A stretch of DNA of 64,000 nucleotides from Octopus sinensis (lineage: Eukaryota), in assembly GCF_006345805.1 (NCBI RefSeq), contig NC_043001.1, forward strand, positions 58,466,001-58,530,000, read 5' to 3'. A program made the position numbers and the translations under genes. Shown piece by piece: positions 1 through 13,365 of this stretch (within the stretch, counting starts at the first letter, position 1; the number at the start of each line of letters is the position of its first letter). Under the pieces are notes generated by a model that was not told where the DNA came from, ran no database searches, and worked only from the letters and a program-made list of their open reading frames with translations.

Positions 1-480
1 GGGTTTGTCATATGCGACTTTTAACAGCCTAGCCGTGATGCTAGTCTCAGCCACCAGTTTGAATACATCCCAATCGCTAACAAAATTTCTCTACAGCTTA
101 AAGCACTATGTTTATCAAACACACCATTACAACATTTTCTTACTTTGGCAATGAAAACATCGCGGAAGATGATTTTATCTTATTCAGGACTGTTCAGTAC
201 ACAAATTGGAATGAATATCATCCTTTTCCACGAGATATACTAAAACACTGGAAATATCAACTTTGAGAATCGTAAATGGATACTTCACTCAAATTATAAA
301 ATGCGTACAGATGACCTGTTCAGTGTGCAACTTAGAGCAGTGTTCTTGAAAGTTGCATTCTTGGAACTGAGTGCCATGAGAAAACGATGATATCAACATT
401 CAATCGCGAAAATTCATGAGCAACCAGTTCTATTCGATTAGTCTTCGTGTTTGAAGCTTAATCCTGATATATCCGCGTGT
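1..480 (-). mobile_element. Decayed RTE-clade LINE, AP-endonuclease region
   Basis: Minus-strand frame TKTNRIELVAHEFSRLNVDIIVFS (~375-447) resembles the RTE endonuclease N-terminal motif (LVARELARxNIDI). Further broken endonuclease-like pieces lie downstream, with many stops and frameshifts. Confidence 0.45.
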
Positions 481-1449
481 GATCCATAGTTTCTGCATAT
501 TTCTGACATAATTTGAAAGTTTTCGGTGCTTTTATATAAACATATTTTGTATACCTATCGCTCGAGCTTCTTTGGGCCAACATCTTTTGAGTTTACATCA
601 TGTGAAAGCAATAAGGTTGCTTCGAGATGGCTACTTGGTCGTTCAGAGTGCCGTCTGCTTATAACATTCTCACTGAGCTAAAACTGGACCACTTATACAC
701 CTGAATCGTCTGCTTGTATGATCAGTACTACTGCTTGCAGTTTAATCTCATATTTACCATTGTCACACACTTTCCCTCCTGTCGCTTCAAGGTTAGAGAG
801 GAGAATCGATAACGGAAGCGTGTCCTTCTGTTTGTGTAATGACTTCAGATTTTAAAGTTTTTTTTTTTACGTTCGGTGTGCTTAGTACCGTTCCCACTCT
901 TTCCACTGTATGTTTTTCTACCATAGCCTGAAGCGGAATGGTGATAACAGCTTCCATATGCCGTAGGTATTATGGCGGAAATTTTCACTCCAAGAAGAAT
1001 GACTTTAGAAGTTTATCGGCTCTTTCACTTAAGCTAATTTACAACCATGGCTCACAAATCTATCATTCTACGCGATGCTCAGCCGCACCATAATGTGGCA
1101 AGTAGAGTGGATGCGAGGAGCGCCCTCAAGAAAGTGTTGTTATGAATGCAGTAATGAAAGTAATTTTCAGTGAGTCCCTGCCGAAAATGCGAGTCATTTG
1201 CCATGCAGTGTTAACTACATCGGGAAAGATAAGACCGTTGCACTTCCAGCGAGTGGAGACCATCAAGCCTTTGCCTCATCACAACTTCTGCCCCCTGTAT
1301 TTCATAAAATGTATTTCAACAAAGCTAATTTCCATTTTTTTCTGTGTAGTAAGTGAAATATTTTGCATGCGTGAAGATAACCTCATAAAAGACCGAAATT
1401 GAATATTCATATATGGATATATCAAAAATTTGAAAGTTAATGCATACAT

Positions 1450-1640
1450 GCGTTGGCTGAACATTTAGTATATAGGATAAGATGCTTAGTGGCATTTTCC
1501 CACTCTTTACTTTGTGAGTTCAAATCCCACCTATGTCAACTTTGCTTTTCTTCCTGTCGGTCTAAAATCAAAATACCAGTGAAATACTGGTATCAATATA
1601 ATAGAATACCAGGCACTGTGCCTACATTAGAGATAATTGT
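1450..1640 (+). mobile_element. Degraded tRNA-derived SINE (family of 11808-12035)
   Basis: aagatgcttagtggcatttt...gagttcaaatcccacctatgtcaactttgcttttc aligns with the 11808 copy; B-box-like GAGTTCAAATCC. Confidence 0.6.
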
Positions 1641-3639
1641 TATGAATTGATTTCGCATTGATTACGGCCATGAATGTTCCACTTATTCCATCAATGTTCA
1701 TTCTATTATTCTGTAAGTGCGAGAAAATATCAGCGATTCTTTTGATAAACGGAACTTGACTTTCACTTACAAATGCAGTACATCTCATCTTCTATTTAAA
1801 GTTTCAAATCAGCCCGTGCCACTGCTAAAAGGTACATAATCAAAATAGAGAATCAGAATTGTTGAAAATCAATCGTTTTAGCAATTTTGCTATATTTGTA
1901 TCAGTATACACATATATTCAACCAAGCACGCAATTGAAACGACATTGGCTACAAATATAAATCATGATAAAATTACATAAACATCACTGACAAGTTTCTA
2001 CCTGTGCTAAGTTATAAATATTATAAAAAGGAAAAAGCTGAAGCTCTATAAAATTTTCCAATATTACAGTTCAAAGTTCTTTGGTTAGCAAATAGAAAAC
2101 ATGGAAGGTAACTTGATACACAAATTAGCAAAGTGATTAAAAATTCTGCAACTATTGAGAAAATCACAAACTAAGTTACGCATATACACACTGTAACAGA
2201 CTTGAAAGAAGCCGAGTCAATTGATTCCGTTTATTTGCAATGCCTTCATATTCTGACATACATTTATTTTATCACGAGAAGCCTTATAAGTGATAATGGA
2301 AGCCATAGAATAAAATTAACTTAAAATACTGAAATATATTTTGTACAAGCAATCTCAAATCTCAGTCTTCAAATATACCACATTGAGGAAAAGAATATAT
2401 TGGTTACTTCCATCATACTATGTACCAGAAGTTGTAGAGCATTACACAAAATGCTTTGCAATTTTCAGCAACTGATCTTTATGTCTTCAGTTCAAATCTA
2501 GTTTATCTTCCTCTTTGTTTGATAAAATTAATTACCGCACATTCACAGATTGGTGGAGTCACTACAGAGTACTGGCTTTGTACTAATTTTAGAAGCTAGT
2601 GATCAGGATGAGATTTCATTTATATTATTAAATTAAATCATTTCGTTTACGGTATTAATGTTCCTGACAAAGTTATGGATATCATACGAATTTGAAATGT
2701 TATTTGCAAGAAATGAATTTTTGTAACGTTTGATAACTTTACATTTCCTACCATTGCATAATTATATATCCGTACAAAAATTTGAAACTAACATACATTT
2801 AACCATTGACCTTTTTTTTGAATAAAACTTGGCGTCTACACCTTAAAATCCTTCTTCTCAAAAGAATTGTTTGAAAAGACGTATGTTAGTCCCATATTCG
2901 CTACATAGTGTGAGGTTATATAGTTGTAATCTGAAAAACTGTATGCCCTCTCGAGATAAACTCATTCATTAATGCAAAACACCAGTAAATGCTACAGCAT
3001 TAATTGTTTATAAACTTTACACAAATATTCTATTTTAGCTCTTTCTTAATATATTTTGACCAATTTCTCTCCAATTCAAATCGCCATATTTTATACCTTC
3101 TTCCTAGCCTTATCTACCCACCCTTATCCATCCACTTTATTCTCCCTTTCACCTTCCCTCCTCCTCCCTCTCGCTTCATACACCTCATTTTCAGCATCGT
3201 CACAACCACGATTCTCTACTTACAATCATTGTCATCATTATAAACAATGGGTCAATACAAGAGCCTCTAATTGGTAACTAACTGCGAGAAAGAGGAGACA
3301 AACATTACCCGAATTACTGCACCGAATTGAACATTAAAAGAACATTTTGTGTCTAATATCCTAGATTCCACTAAGAATGCAGTATGGTTAACCAATGAGA
3401 CTGGTTAACTTAGGGGCATAAAATTTTTCCAAATGAAACACATCCAAATTAATTAAGCTATTTTTAGATAAAAATTACACTATTTCATAAAATTTTCATT
3501 GTTTATGTCTTTGGTTGGTAAGTGTTATTTCCTATTTGCTTCTATCTAGAAATCAGAGAAAATGATTTTGTTTTTTGATCTGTACATCAATGTTTTGAAA
3601 CTTACCTATTTTCCATTACATTTCAGACAGATTCATCAA

Positions 3640-3778
3640 AGATATCGTCATAGTGAATATTCTGCTCAATGCCACAGATTTGCTTGTCAGTAGCTTGACC
3701 TTATGCACTTTAGCATGCCCCTTAGAGTCTGCCAATATGTTCATCTCTTATCATGAGCAGGAGTAGTGAGCAAACATC
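3640..3778 (+). mobile_element. Diverged internal fragment of the ~550-bp AAT-associated element
   Basis: aatattctgctcaatgccacagatttgcttgtcag...catgagcaggagtagtg matches the internal part of 27030-27581. Confidence 0.65.
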
Positions 3779-3984
3779 AACATGCCACTTGTATTGCGCA
3801 GGTTTGTTGATTGCTATTTCTGTTAATAATTATTTACGTTTAAGTGACGCTTAGTGACACATCGGTGTACTTCCGTGCAAAACAATACTTATTTGAATAT
3901 ATAACTCACCGTACCAAATTTCAAAATTATTTTCCCTTCTGATTTTTTTAATTCTTTATCTGTTTTACTTGTTTCTGTCATTAG

Positions 3985-4215
3985 ATTGAGGCCATGTTGG
4001 GTCTCAGCCTTGAAAACCTTTAGTTTTAAAAAATCGACAGCAGTACTTATATTTTTTTCCAGCCAGGTGTATATTTTATTGACCTTTTTGCCGAACTGCT
4101 AAGTTAGGGAAGATAGACACACCAACACCAGTTGTCAAGCGGTGGGAGGGACAACACAAACACACACACACAGATACATATATGATGAGCTTCTTTTAGA
4201 TTCCGTCTACCAAAT
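3985..4215 (-). mobile_element. Partial SINE (family of 8205-8642)
   Basis: ttttgccgaactgctaagtta...acaccagttgtcaagcggtggg matches the body of 8205-8642. Confidence 0.6.
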
Positions 4216-4610
4216 GTACTCACCGGACCCATGTGTTTGTGAAGCAAACTTCTCACCACACAGCCACGCTTGCGCCTATTCGTTATATATTCGTTATGTC
4301 AACAATAGCCCCAAAGCCACCAGAGTTGGTCTGCCAATGTTTGTAATCAAATCTCCCTCAAATGATCCCCTAATCCTCGTTCAAATAGAGGAAGAGAAAT
4401 CCCTAAAAACGTAATTCCTGATGGCAAGATGATTATAATTGGAACAACACTTTTTTTCCCTAGGACTAGTCGATCTAGATTGGGCTCTGCTCTGATATTA
4501 AATCAGTTTTTCAGACAGCCAAGTAGTGTCGCAGAGAAAATGGATACGAACTTTTAAGTACTTCCGTGTGCGCGTGTGTGTATGATGTGTGATATGTATG
4601 TATGTGCGCA

Positions 4611-4671
<61 letters not shown>

Positions 4672-4691
4672 CGTGTAGTGTATATGTGTAC

Positions 4692-4756
<65 letters not shown>

Positions 4757-4786
4757 CGTGTATGTATATGTGTACGAATATATGTA

Positions 4787-4828
<42 letters not shown>

Positions 4829-4837
4829 ATATATATA

Positions 4838-5135
4838 CCAATTAAGGACTGAACACGAAAAGTGGACAGTCAACATGCTAAATATAGACGTCAAATCGCC
4901 ATTCTCCACAAAAGATTATGTTCTCAAATCAAACTCATCACAAACCCAAGCAATAAACAAGTGAAAATATACGAAATACAATACTTATCCATGTACTGAT
5001 TCAGTTTCGGCTATTATTATCCGCAAGGATACCTGTAGCCATTATTTGAGAACATAAGCTTTTGTGGAGAATGGCGATTTGACGTCTATATTTAGCATGT
5101 TGACTGTCCACTTTTCGTGTTCAGTCCTTAATTGG
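4838..5135. repeat. Fold-back element: 92-bp inverted arms around a 114-bp spacer, TA-flanked
   Basis: 4838-4929 is the reverse complement of 5044-5135 with one mismatch seen (aaagattatg vs aaagcttatg). TA dinucleotides on both sides. Confidence 0.9.
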
Positions 5136-5221
5136 TATATATAAATATTTAATCTTCGGATTCTCTTTTTAATATGCTAGACCACTGGTTTTAATTGATA
5201 AATATTGATTTCTACCCTTAA

Positions 5222-5270
<49 letters not shown>

Positions 5271-5271
<1 letters not shown>

Positions 5272-5800
5272 CGGGAAGCTTTATGAAAATAGACAAAAGA
5301 CGAAGGCAGGTGGAAAACAAACAAACAATTGTATTAGTATGGCGTTCAGGAAATATAAATAAAACAAGTCTTTAACGTTTCGAGCCTACGCTCTTCAACA
5401 GAAAGATACACAGAGAGAAAAAAAACACAGAAAGAAGGACAGAAAAAAAATGCGTGCAGTAACTAACGAACCAACATGGCGATCTGATTTCGGCCAGAAG
5501 TCAAAGATCAAACATGAGACGCGAGAGCGAAATTAGGGGAGATAATAGGGTTGAGTGACCAGCTCCAACATAAGGGTGTGTGTGTGTGTGTGTATGAGAG
5601 AGTATTAGTGCGTATGAGAGATCTGGACGTGTGTATGTATAGGGTTGGTGTATGTATTAGTATGTATAAGGGTGTGTGTGTGTATGAGAGAGTATTAGTG
5701 CGTATGAGAGGTCTGGACGTGTGTATGTATAGGGTTGGTGTATGTATTAGTATGTATTAGTATGTATTAGTACGTATTAGTATGTATAAGGGTGTGTGTA
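5271..5800 (-). mobile_element. (TA)n-flanked Penelope-like repeat with a degenerate hammerhead motif and a ~90-bp tandem subrepeat
   Basis: Shares acgtttcgagcctacgctct and flanks with 9350-9549 and 57840-57975. A ~90-bp unit occurs twice at ~5572-5760. The Penelope assignment is inferred from the ribozyme-like motif. Confidence 0.55.
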
Positions 5801-5809
5801 TATATATAC

Positions 5810-5841
<32 letters not shown>

Positions 5842-7194
5842 GTTTATATATATATATTTGTATATATATATTTGTATGTATGTATGTATGTGTGTGTATG
5901 TAAGTATATAAGTGTATTAGTGCTTTGCTTATAGGGCAGTCTTGTTACAGTATACTTCCAAATTTTAATTTCATTTCTAAAGTGATTTGGTGTTTTCATG
6001 GATCAAAACCTTCTCTCTTTTTCTGATAGCATAAAAATGTTGCTGTGAGATTACAATCAACCTTCATAGGCTTGGCATTTGAAGACTTAGAACATCACAT
6101 TGATGTTTTCTTGTGAAAATATTCTTTAAGATCTCATTCAAATCAATTACCATTACCGCTTACGAGTAAGTCCAACACACCTCAGAATATTTTAAAATTT
6201 TATTCCTGTTACTCTTCTTTCCTTATTCGTTTCATGTTATTTGTTAGAAGTTTTCTATTTCTTCAAAGCCATTTGAGTCTAGATATCTCTGTCTTCTGTT
6301 TTTATTATTGAAAACTAGACACAGCTGTTGAGTATCAAAAAGTAAGAAGTATACTTAAAGTGAACCCAACGTGTGTGACCTGGTCGTCATGCCTTGCTGA
6401 AGGCAAATTCTATTACATCTTTGCAACTAATGTCCCAAGAAAGGAGTCTTTTTGTTTTTGTACAATACTTGTGGCAGTAGGCAAGATCTTCCACTTGAGA
6501 AAAGAATTACCAATGATTCAAATTTAAGTATGAGTCTGAAATCGTCTAGCGACTACCAGTTTGTTAACTGTAACATGATGAGATCGAGTTGAAGAAGAGG
6601 ATCATTTGTAATATTGTGACGCATTGCTATTGGTCACACCCGCATTTTACATAGGATAGCATGGTAACAATCGGTTGTAGAAGCGACAAAGACAACAGGA
6701 CTGAAAGAAGTATAATGCGAGACAGCATGTGTTGTAAACTATAAACAAATGACATATTGGCGGAATTCTGCTTTACACACGCCATATAACACTTCAAAAC
6801 TTTTTTCTACGGAATTTTTAGAAATATTTTGTGAATTTGTATTCTACACACGGGAATTCTTATAATTATGCACCCCACCCACCAAAAAAGTTGGAAGGTG
6901 ATTTAACGCCTATTTTTAGCACATCTCACAACCACTATTTAATAAGCGAAGTGCGACTGCATGAATAAGCTGCTTGGCTTGTTACTCTGGAAACAGGTAA
7001 GAATGCGTCTGCTGCTTACAATTGACTAAAATTACGCAAAATTTGCAAATTTTAAAAGCTTTTTATTTGTTGATTTATGGCGAAAATGACTTTCATGTCA
7101 ATGATTAGCATACTAAACTACACCTTTACACCTGAAATGAAATCAGTCTGAATAGTTCAGTTGTACAAATGAATCTCATTATCGAGACGTGGCA

Positions 7195-7430
7195 GCCAAA
7201 CTGAACCAATCCGAATGCAGTCATGCTGAGGCACCCTCCCTAGAGAGTTCAATTGCACAAATCAACCTCAGTACGTATTAGTTCATAAACCTGTACCTAT
7301 TCTATAGTTCCGTTTTTTGGAATCGCTAGGTTACAAAAGCGTTAATCAAGTCAACACCGGTTGTCAAGCGATGGTGGTGGACAAACCCCAGCACAAAGAC
7401 ACGTGCACACACACACATACATATATACAT
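7195..7430 (-). mobile_element. Partial SINE (family of 8205-8642)
   Basis: aacaccggttgtcaagcgatggtggtggacaaac matches the body of 8205-8642. Confidence 0.55.
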
Positions 7431-8204
7431 ACAGAAGACAGACAGGCATGCATGAATGCATACATACATACATACATACATAAATACATACATGGATCAG
7501 AAATGTTTATGGACTGAGAGGAATATATTTGTCAATAGTAATAAGAATAATTATTTAATGATGAAGTTGAGTCATTATTTCTATCTTATTAAAAGTGAAA
7601 GTGGAAACAGAACATTGCTTCAACTACAAGATTACTATCCTCCAAATAGTCGATCCTTATGAACCAATATATTCGCTTTTATTCCCAACATATCTGGCCA
7701 GGTTCAAACTCAAAATATGCGCTATGCAAGAATAAATTAGCTTCTTTACAAATACAATGACTTGAACACACTCAGCTTATTGTTGCACAGCATTCTAGGT
7801 CTCTTGTGTCACGTCAACCAGAAGCAACAGGGAATCCGAATCTAAACCAAGTCGCTGGTTGTTTATAATTTCAGCGAAGAAATTGTTTGCTAATTGGTGC
7901 TTATATCTGCCAATCGATACACGGCGAGATCTCGAACGAATATTTGTATATTTCTAGTTGATTTTTAAACTTTTATATGCTTTCCACACTTTAGTGTTGT
8001 AGTGATAATTTTAGAAGCGAATATTATTCACTTATATTTAGCACACTTACTACATGCATCTTTGCTGTAACAGTGCAATATGAAGTTTATTGCGTTGCTT
8101 GTATGATACTAAAGATTGTATTAACATATAGAGTATTTCTGTTTACCAAAAATAATTATCATTGATATGAATTATCAGATATAGAAATGTTATTCGCCAA
8201 TTCT

Positions 8205-8381
8205 TATGCGGGAGCACCGCCTTTAGTCGAACGAATCGCGCCCAGGATTTATTCTTTGTAACTCTAGTACTTAATTTATCAGTCTCTTTTGCTGAGCCGC
8301 TAATTTACGGGGACATAAACACAATATCGGTTGCCAAGCGATGGTGGAAGGCTAAACACAAACACACAAATATATACATAA

Positions 8382-8421
<40 letters not shown>

Positions 8422-8642
8422 GCACACACACATATATATGCACACACACATATATATGCAGATATACGTATATATGACGGGCATCTTTCAGTTTCCGCCT
8501 ACCAAATCTACTCACAAGTCTTTGGTCGGTCTGAGACTATAGTAGAACGCACTTAATCAAGGTGCCACGCACGCAGTGGGACTGAACCCGGAAACATGTG
8601 GTTTGAAAGCATACTTCTTACCACACAGCCACGACTGCACCT
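8205..8642 (-). mobile_element. Near-complete tRNA-derived SINE with an internal CA/TA tract
   Basis: Minus-strand head has A-box TGGCTGTGTGG and B-box GGTTCAGTCCC; body is repeated elsewhere in the window. Confidence 0.8.
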
Positions 8643-9104
8643 ACTTTTGTCTGTTAGCATATAAAAACTGCCTCATTATCTGATATACAGAAGAGAATAT
8701 GACAATACTATATGTTCCAATACTTTTCAGTATATAATACCTTTGGTACATCACTGTAACTCATGTATAAGATTACTCAGGTCGGTCGTTTTAATTTTAG
8801 GACTGACTAGACTACCCGTGAACCGTTGGGTCACCAATCGCTCAAGGTACCGGAAAAAAAACCTCATGGTCCGATTTATGTGAATCGTGTCCTATTTCAG
8901 GGCATCTTACATTCAGAGTAATTTCATGTTTTTCGCTGAACATGGAATTTAAGATATTTCACAAGTTTCCACATACATATTTTACAAATTTTGTCCCAAA
9001 ATAAAAGGGAATGTGTCTCAGCATATTATATAATTACATTAAACAATTCATGCAAATATCTACAATTCACCTTTGGCGTTCCTATAATAACCATTTCTTA
9101 TACA

Positions 9105-9310
9105 TGCACAAGGCCTGCAAATGTCATTGGAGGAGATGGTAGTCAATTACATTGAGCCCAGTAATTGAATGTTACTTATATTATTGACCCTGAAATGATG
9201 GACGGTAAATTCAACGTTGGTGGTTCTTGAATTCTGAAACATAAACAGAGAAGAAATGTTACTAAGCATATTCCCAGTGAACTAATGATGTTGCCAGCTT
9301 GTTGCCTTTA
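9105..9310 (-). mobile_element. Degraded tRNA-derived SINE
   Basis: gcacaaggcctg...ctaatgatgttgccagctt is the reverse complement of the 11808-type family. Confidence 0.6.
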
Positions 9311-9349
9311 TATATATATCCATGCACATATACACATATATTCGTATAA

Positions 9350-9549
9350 ATAGGGAGAGTTCACGAAAAAAACAAAAGACGAAGGCAGGTGGTGTACAAA
9401 ACAAACAGATGTATTAGTATAACGCTCGGGAATAGAAAAAGTCCTTTACGTTTCGAGCCTACGCTCTAATGCAGAAAGGGACACAGAAAAAACAAGGAGA
9501 GAAACACGGAGAGAAAAAAATGTGTGGGATGACTAACGATCTATCATGT
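9350..9549 (-). mobile_element. (TA)n-flanked Penelope-like repeat, copy 2
   Basis: aaacaaaagacgaaggcaggtgg...tacgtttcgagcctacgctct, as at 5271. Confidence 0.55.
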
Positions 9550-9576
9550 TATATATATATATATTATATATATATA

Positions 9577-9653
<77 letters not shown>

Positions 9654-9782
9654 ATATATATATAATATATATATATATATATACGTGTATATGTATTATG
9701 TATGTATATATACATACATACACACATACATATACTCACACACACACACACACATTTGTATATATTACCCTTTATATTATAG

Positions 9783-9960
9783 TTACAAGGCCTGTTATTC
9801 TATTACATTGCCCACAGTACGACAGTATTTCCCTGGTACTTATTTTTATCGAACCTGAAGGGATGAAAAGCAAAGTCAACCTTGGCGGAATTTGAACTCA
9901 GAACATAAGTATAGACAAAATGCTGCTAGGCATTTTGCTGGCATGCTAACAATTCTGACT
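9783..9960 (-). mobile_element. tRNA-derived SINE
   Basis: ggatgaaaagcaaagtcaaccttggcggaatttgaactcagaac is the reverse complement of the 11808 copy. Confidence 0.7.
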
Positions 9961-11807
9961 ACTTAACACGTGTTTCATTTAATTTAATGGAGAATATGTC
10001 ACCAATATGAGGAAAATTATTCCATATAAATAAATTAAATAAAATCTAAGTCTTTAATCGTAGCTTCATCAGAGTTAATAAATAATGTTTTTGCCCTTGC
10101 TAAAATATAAATTCAAAATAATTAAGTGTTCATTTTTATTCATTGAGTGAACTCATTTCGACAAATTTTCATTCTTATTTCTAACAGAAATAAGAAGAAA
10201 ATTTTGAAGAGTAGAGAAATTGGGAACAACATTTTAGAAACATCTTGCCTTAATTTTCTTATTTTTAGCAAATGTTTCTTTTTTAAATCTTGCTAATGAG
10301 TTATCATTAAGTGCTAAAGAAATTAGAATATGAGCTCCTAACTTAGAAACTGTTCACCTTTATTTGTTCTATGCTGTTTTATCTTATCACCGGCAATGTG
10401 TTATGCATAAGGTCAACAATATGTATATCTATCTATTGGTTCTACCTACAAAACTCATATAGGCATTACACTATAAACAATTTCCCAAATAGACAAATGA
10501 TTTGTAAATTAAATTCTGAGATTTTTGTTAACTTCTTATAAGTTTGCCTTCACCGTCAGTTTTAAACCAATGTACTCCAAATACTGTGGTTCACCTTGGC
10601 AAGAGCTTCAGATTATTTTTGCTTGTAGATTATGTGTAATAGTTGATGTGCTTTTGTTTGTTCAGTGTTAAAGTGTTAAATTTATCATGCAACTTGAAAG
10701 GAAAGATCCAGCAGCAAGGAAAGATGACCAGCGTAGAATTAAATAAGCGTTTCCATGTTATTAATTTCTCAGCCTATTGATATCATTTTATTCAGCACTA
10801 CGGCATTCAAAATAGCTTTTCATTCTTTAAAATAATAATGTTTGTTTTGACAGCAACTTGGCTCATACCTAACAGGTAGAGCAACAATACTGAGGTTTCA
10901 TAGATTGTACAACTTTCTGTCTTCATAAAACATATCAGTTGTTTTTTAGTCCCAAGTCAGCCCTGACTGAATGGATGTAGAGTATGATTTAAGGGAGATG
11001 TGGCTTCTATATCTAGCAGTCTTGAATGTTAAAGTAGAAATACCTCCATTGGTTTGTTGATGTAAACATACAGTGTATCTTGTACTAAACTGCTAAACAA
11101 TCAGTATAGCTATTACATAAATGTGTAATAGTCAAAATAGCTGGTACATAACTGCACGATGTTCAATAAAGATGATTCTTAACTACTCAACATAAGAGGA
11201 ATAGCACTACAGCTCAATGCTTCATGGAGCTGCTATTTAAATACTTAATTGTCAAATGATTTGGTATTTGAAGGTTGGATTGTTATTAGAGTTGATGTTT
11301 AACTGCTGAATGATTAATATAATTGGCATTTAACAGCTACTGAATTTCTTATTCGCTACTGTACTTAACTGTTTAATTGACAGAAGAGCAGGTATTAATG
11401 TGATTGAAGCTCAGTATGTTATCTGGTTAACTGAACCATGTCAACTACATGGCCAATGTCCTGGATCTAGTCCACAACAGTATTTATTCTGGTTCTTGAC
11501 TCAATTATATATTTTAAAACTTAAAATAGTATAATATATGCTGTTTTCATGTATTCAGAATCGAGACCAACAAATATAATTAATATCATTTCCAGTATGG
11601 TTAGTTCAGTGCAACTTAGCAAATGTTTTTTTTTTTTTATGAACTTATGTGGTGAAATGTTATCTATTTTCCCTTCAATTTCTTTATATACACATATACA
11701 CCCACTCTAACAGCATTTTTTTGTGTTTCTTTCCGCTTATTTCAAATTCACAAGTGTTAATCCAAACAGATTCTAATGATAGGAAACATATTAAAATGTA
11801 TTGCCAC

Positions 11808-12035
11808 AGAGCTGGCAGAAACGTTAGCACGCCGGGCGAAATGCGTAGCCGTATTTCGTCTGCAGTTACGTTCTGAGTTCAAATTCCGCCGAGGTCGACT
11901 TTGCCTTTCATCCTTTCGAGGTCGATTAAATAACTACCAGTTACGCACTGGAGTCGATATAATCGACTTAATCCGTTATTCTGTCTTTGTTTGTCCTCTC
12001 TGTGTTTAGCCCCTTGTGGGTAGTAAATAAATAGG
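11808..12035 (+). mobile_element. Young tRNA-derived SINE
   Basis: gagctggcagaaacgttagcacgccgggcgaaatgc...gagttcaaattccgccgaggtcgactttgcc; A/B-box-like motifs; at least 6 relatives in the window. Confidence 0.85.
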
Positions 12036-13290
12036 TATTGCTGCATAAACAGATCAAACTTTCTATCAAGCTTGATCATTTCAATATCCTCTCTCACTCT
12101 AAGGAATCATACTTAACAGAACACTTTCCATGTGTTTCTCGAATTCCCTCTCTTCTTTATTGTTAAAAAATTTGCTAACTGACCACTTCATACTATGGCC
12201 AATAAAATGATTAGTGGTTTTAGAATAATGTCTTCTATCTATTCAAAGCCAATGAGATCTAGTTTATGCTTCAATACAGGCCACAAATTCAAACTTGTCA
12301 TCCTAAAATATAAAGATATATCCATCTCTGTGAAGTGTTGGATATATCTGTTGAATAATCAATGGAGTTACTTCCAACAATGGAGTTACTTGAACATTTG
12401 CTTAAAGGAAAAAAAGAGACGAGGGGTAGCACTTGCTGTAAATAGATGACAGTTCACTCATGGATATCTTTCCCCAGGAAGATCAGTAAGTATTTTCAAG
12501 GGAAGAAAATACATGTTACAGGAAATAGATATTTTGTGAAGCTATGCAACAGAATTCTTGCATTTAGATATGAAATCAGGAACAATGAGACAACAGTTTA
12601 ATTCTTAACAATCATTCAAAAGGAGAAGCTGGTTTTACCTGACTGCACAACAGACTACATACGACCAAATCCCATTACTATAATACTCTACTTCCTTAAT
12701 GCGCTTTCTAGGGATTTGGCACACTGCATTGATCAATGTTCAAATCATGATAATTAGAAATTTCAATTTTTATTGTTGAAAATCCTGCTGCGATATTGAG
12801 AAAACAATATAAAAATTGTGTTGCGTTCATTTCAAAAATTGCAAGGAACATCTAAACAGATATAAGATTCCATGGATGCATTGAAGAAAAGAATCAATCT
12901 CACTCTTTTCTGCCCTTTCTCTCTTATTTCTTGTTCCTTTTCAAAGTGGAATGTAGCATACGGAATGGAGAACTCAATGAAATCATTACTGATAAGACTT
13001 AGAGAGAGAAGATAGAGAATGTGTGAGGAAAGATCCGTGCAGTGCAAAGAGTAGTTCTGAATGAAGGTGGGCTGTGTATGTCATTTATAGATCAACAATT
13101 GAATTGCTAGTCACACTGGTACATGGTGAAGCATCAGGCCATTGTTTAATAATAGAGTAGGGATATTTGTATGGATATATTTCTTTTCAAGCTTCATTCA
13201 TCTAAGATAAATAAAAATAAATCTATATAGAATAGCAGATCAAAATCAACTACATAAGTAAACATACATACACACACACACACACACACA

Positions 13291-13365
<75 letters not shown>

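Noticed and set aside
4985-5035. Hammerhead-like gaaactgaatcagta in the fold-back spacer (minus strand)
   Set aside because: The core is CUUGCGGA and stem I needs a 3-nt bulge; too degenerate to call.
6330-6520. Possible Tc1-family transposase remnant (minus strand)
   Set aside because: Only a faint FAFSKA*RPGHT resemblance to FQQDxAPxHT, and no TIRs found.
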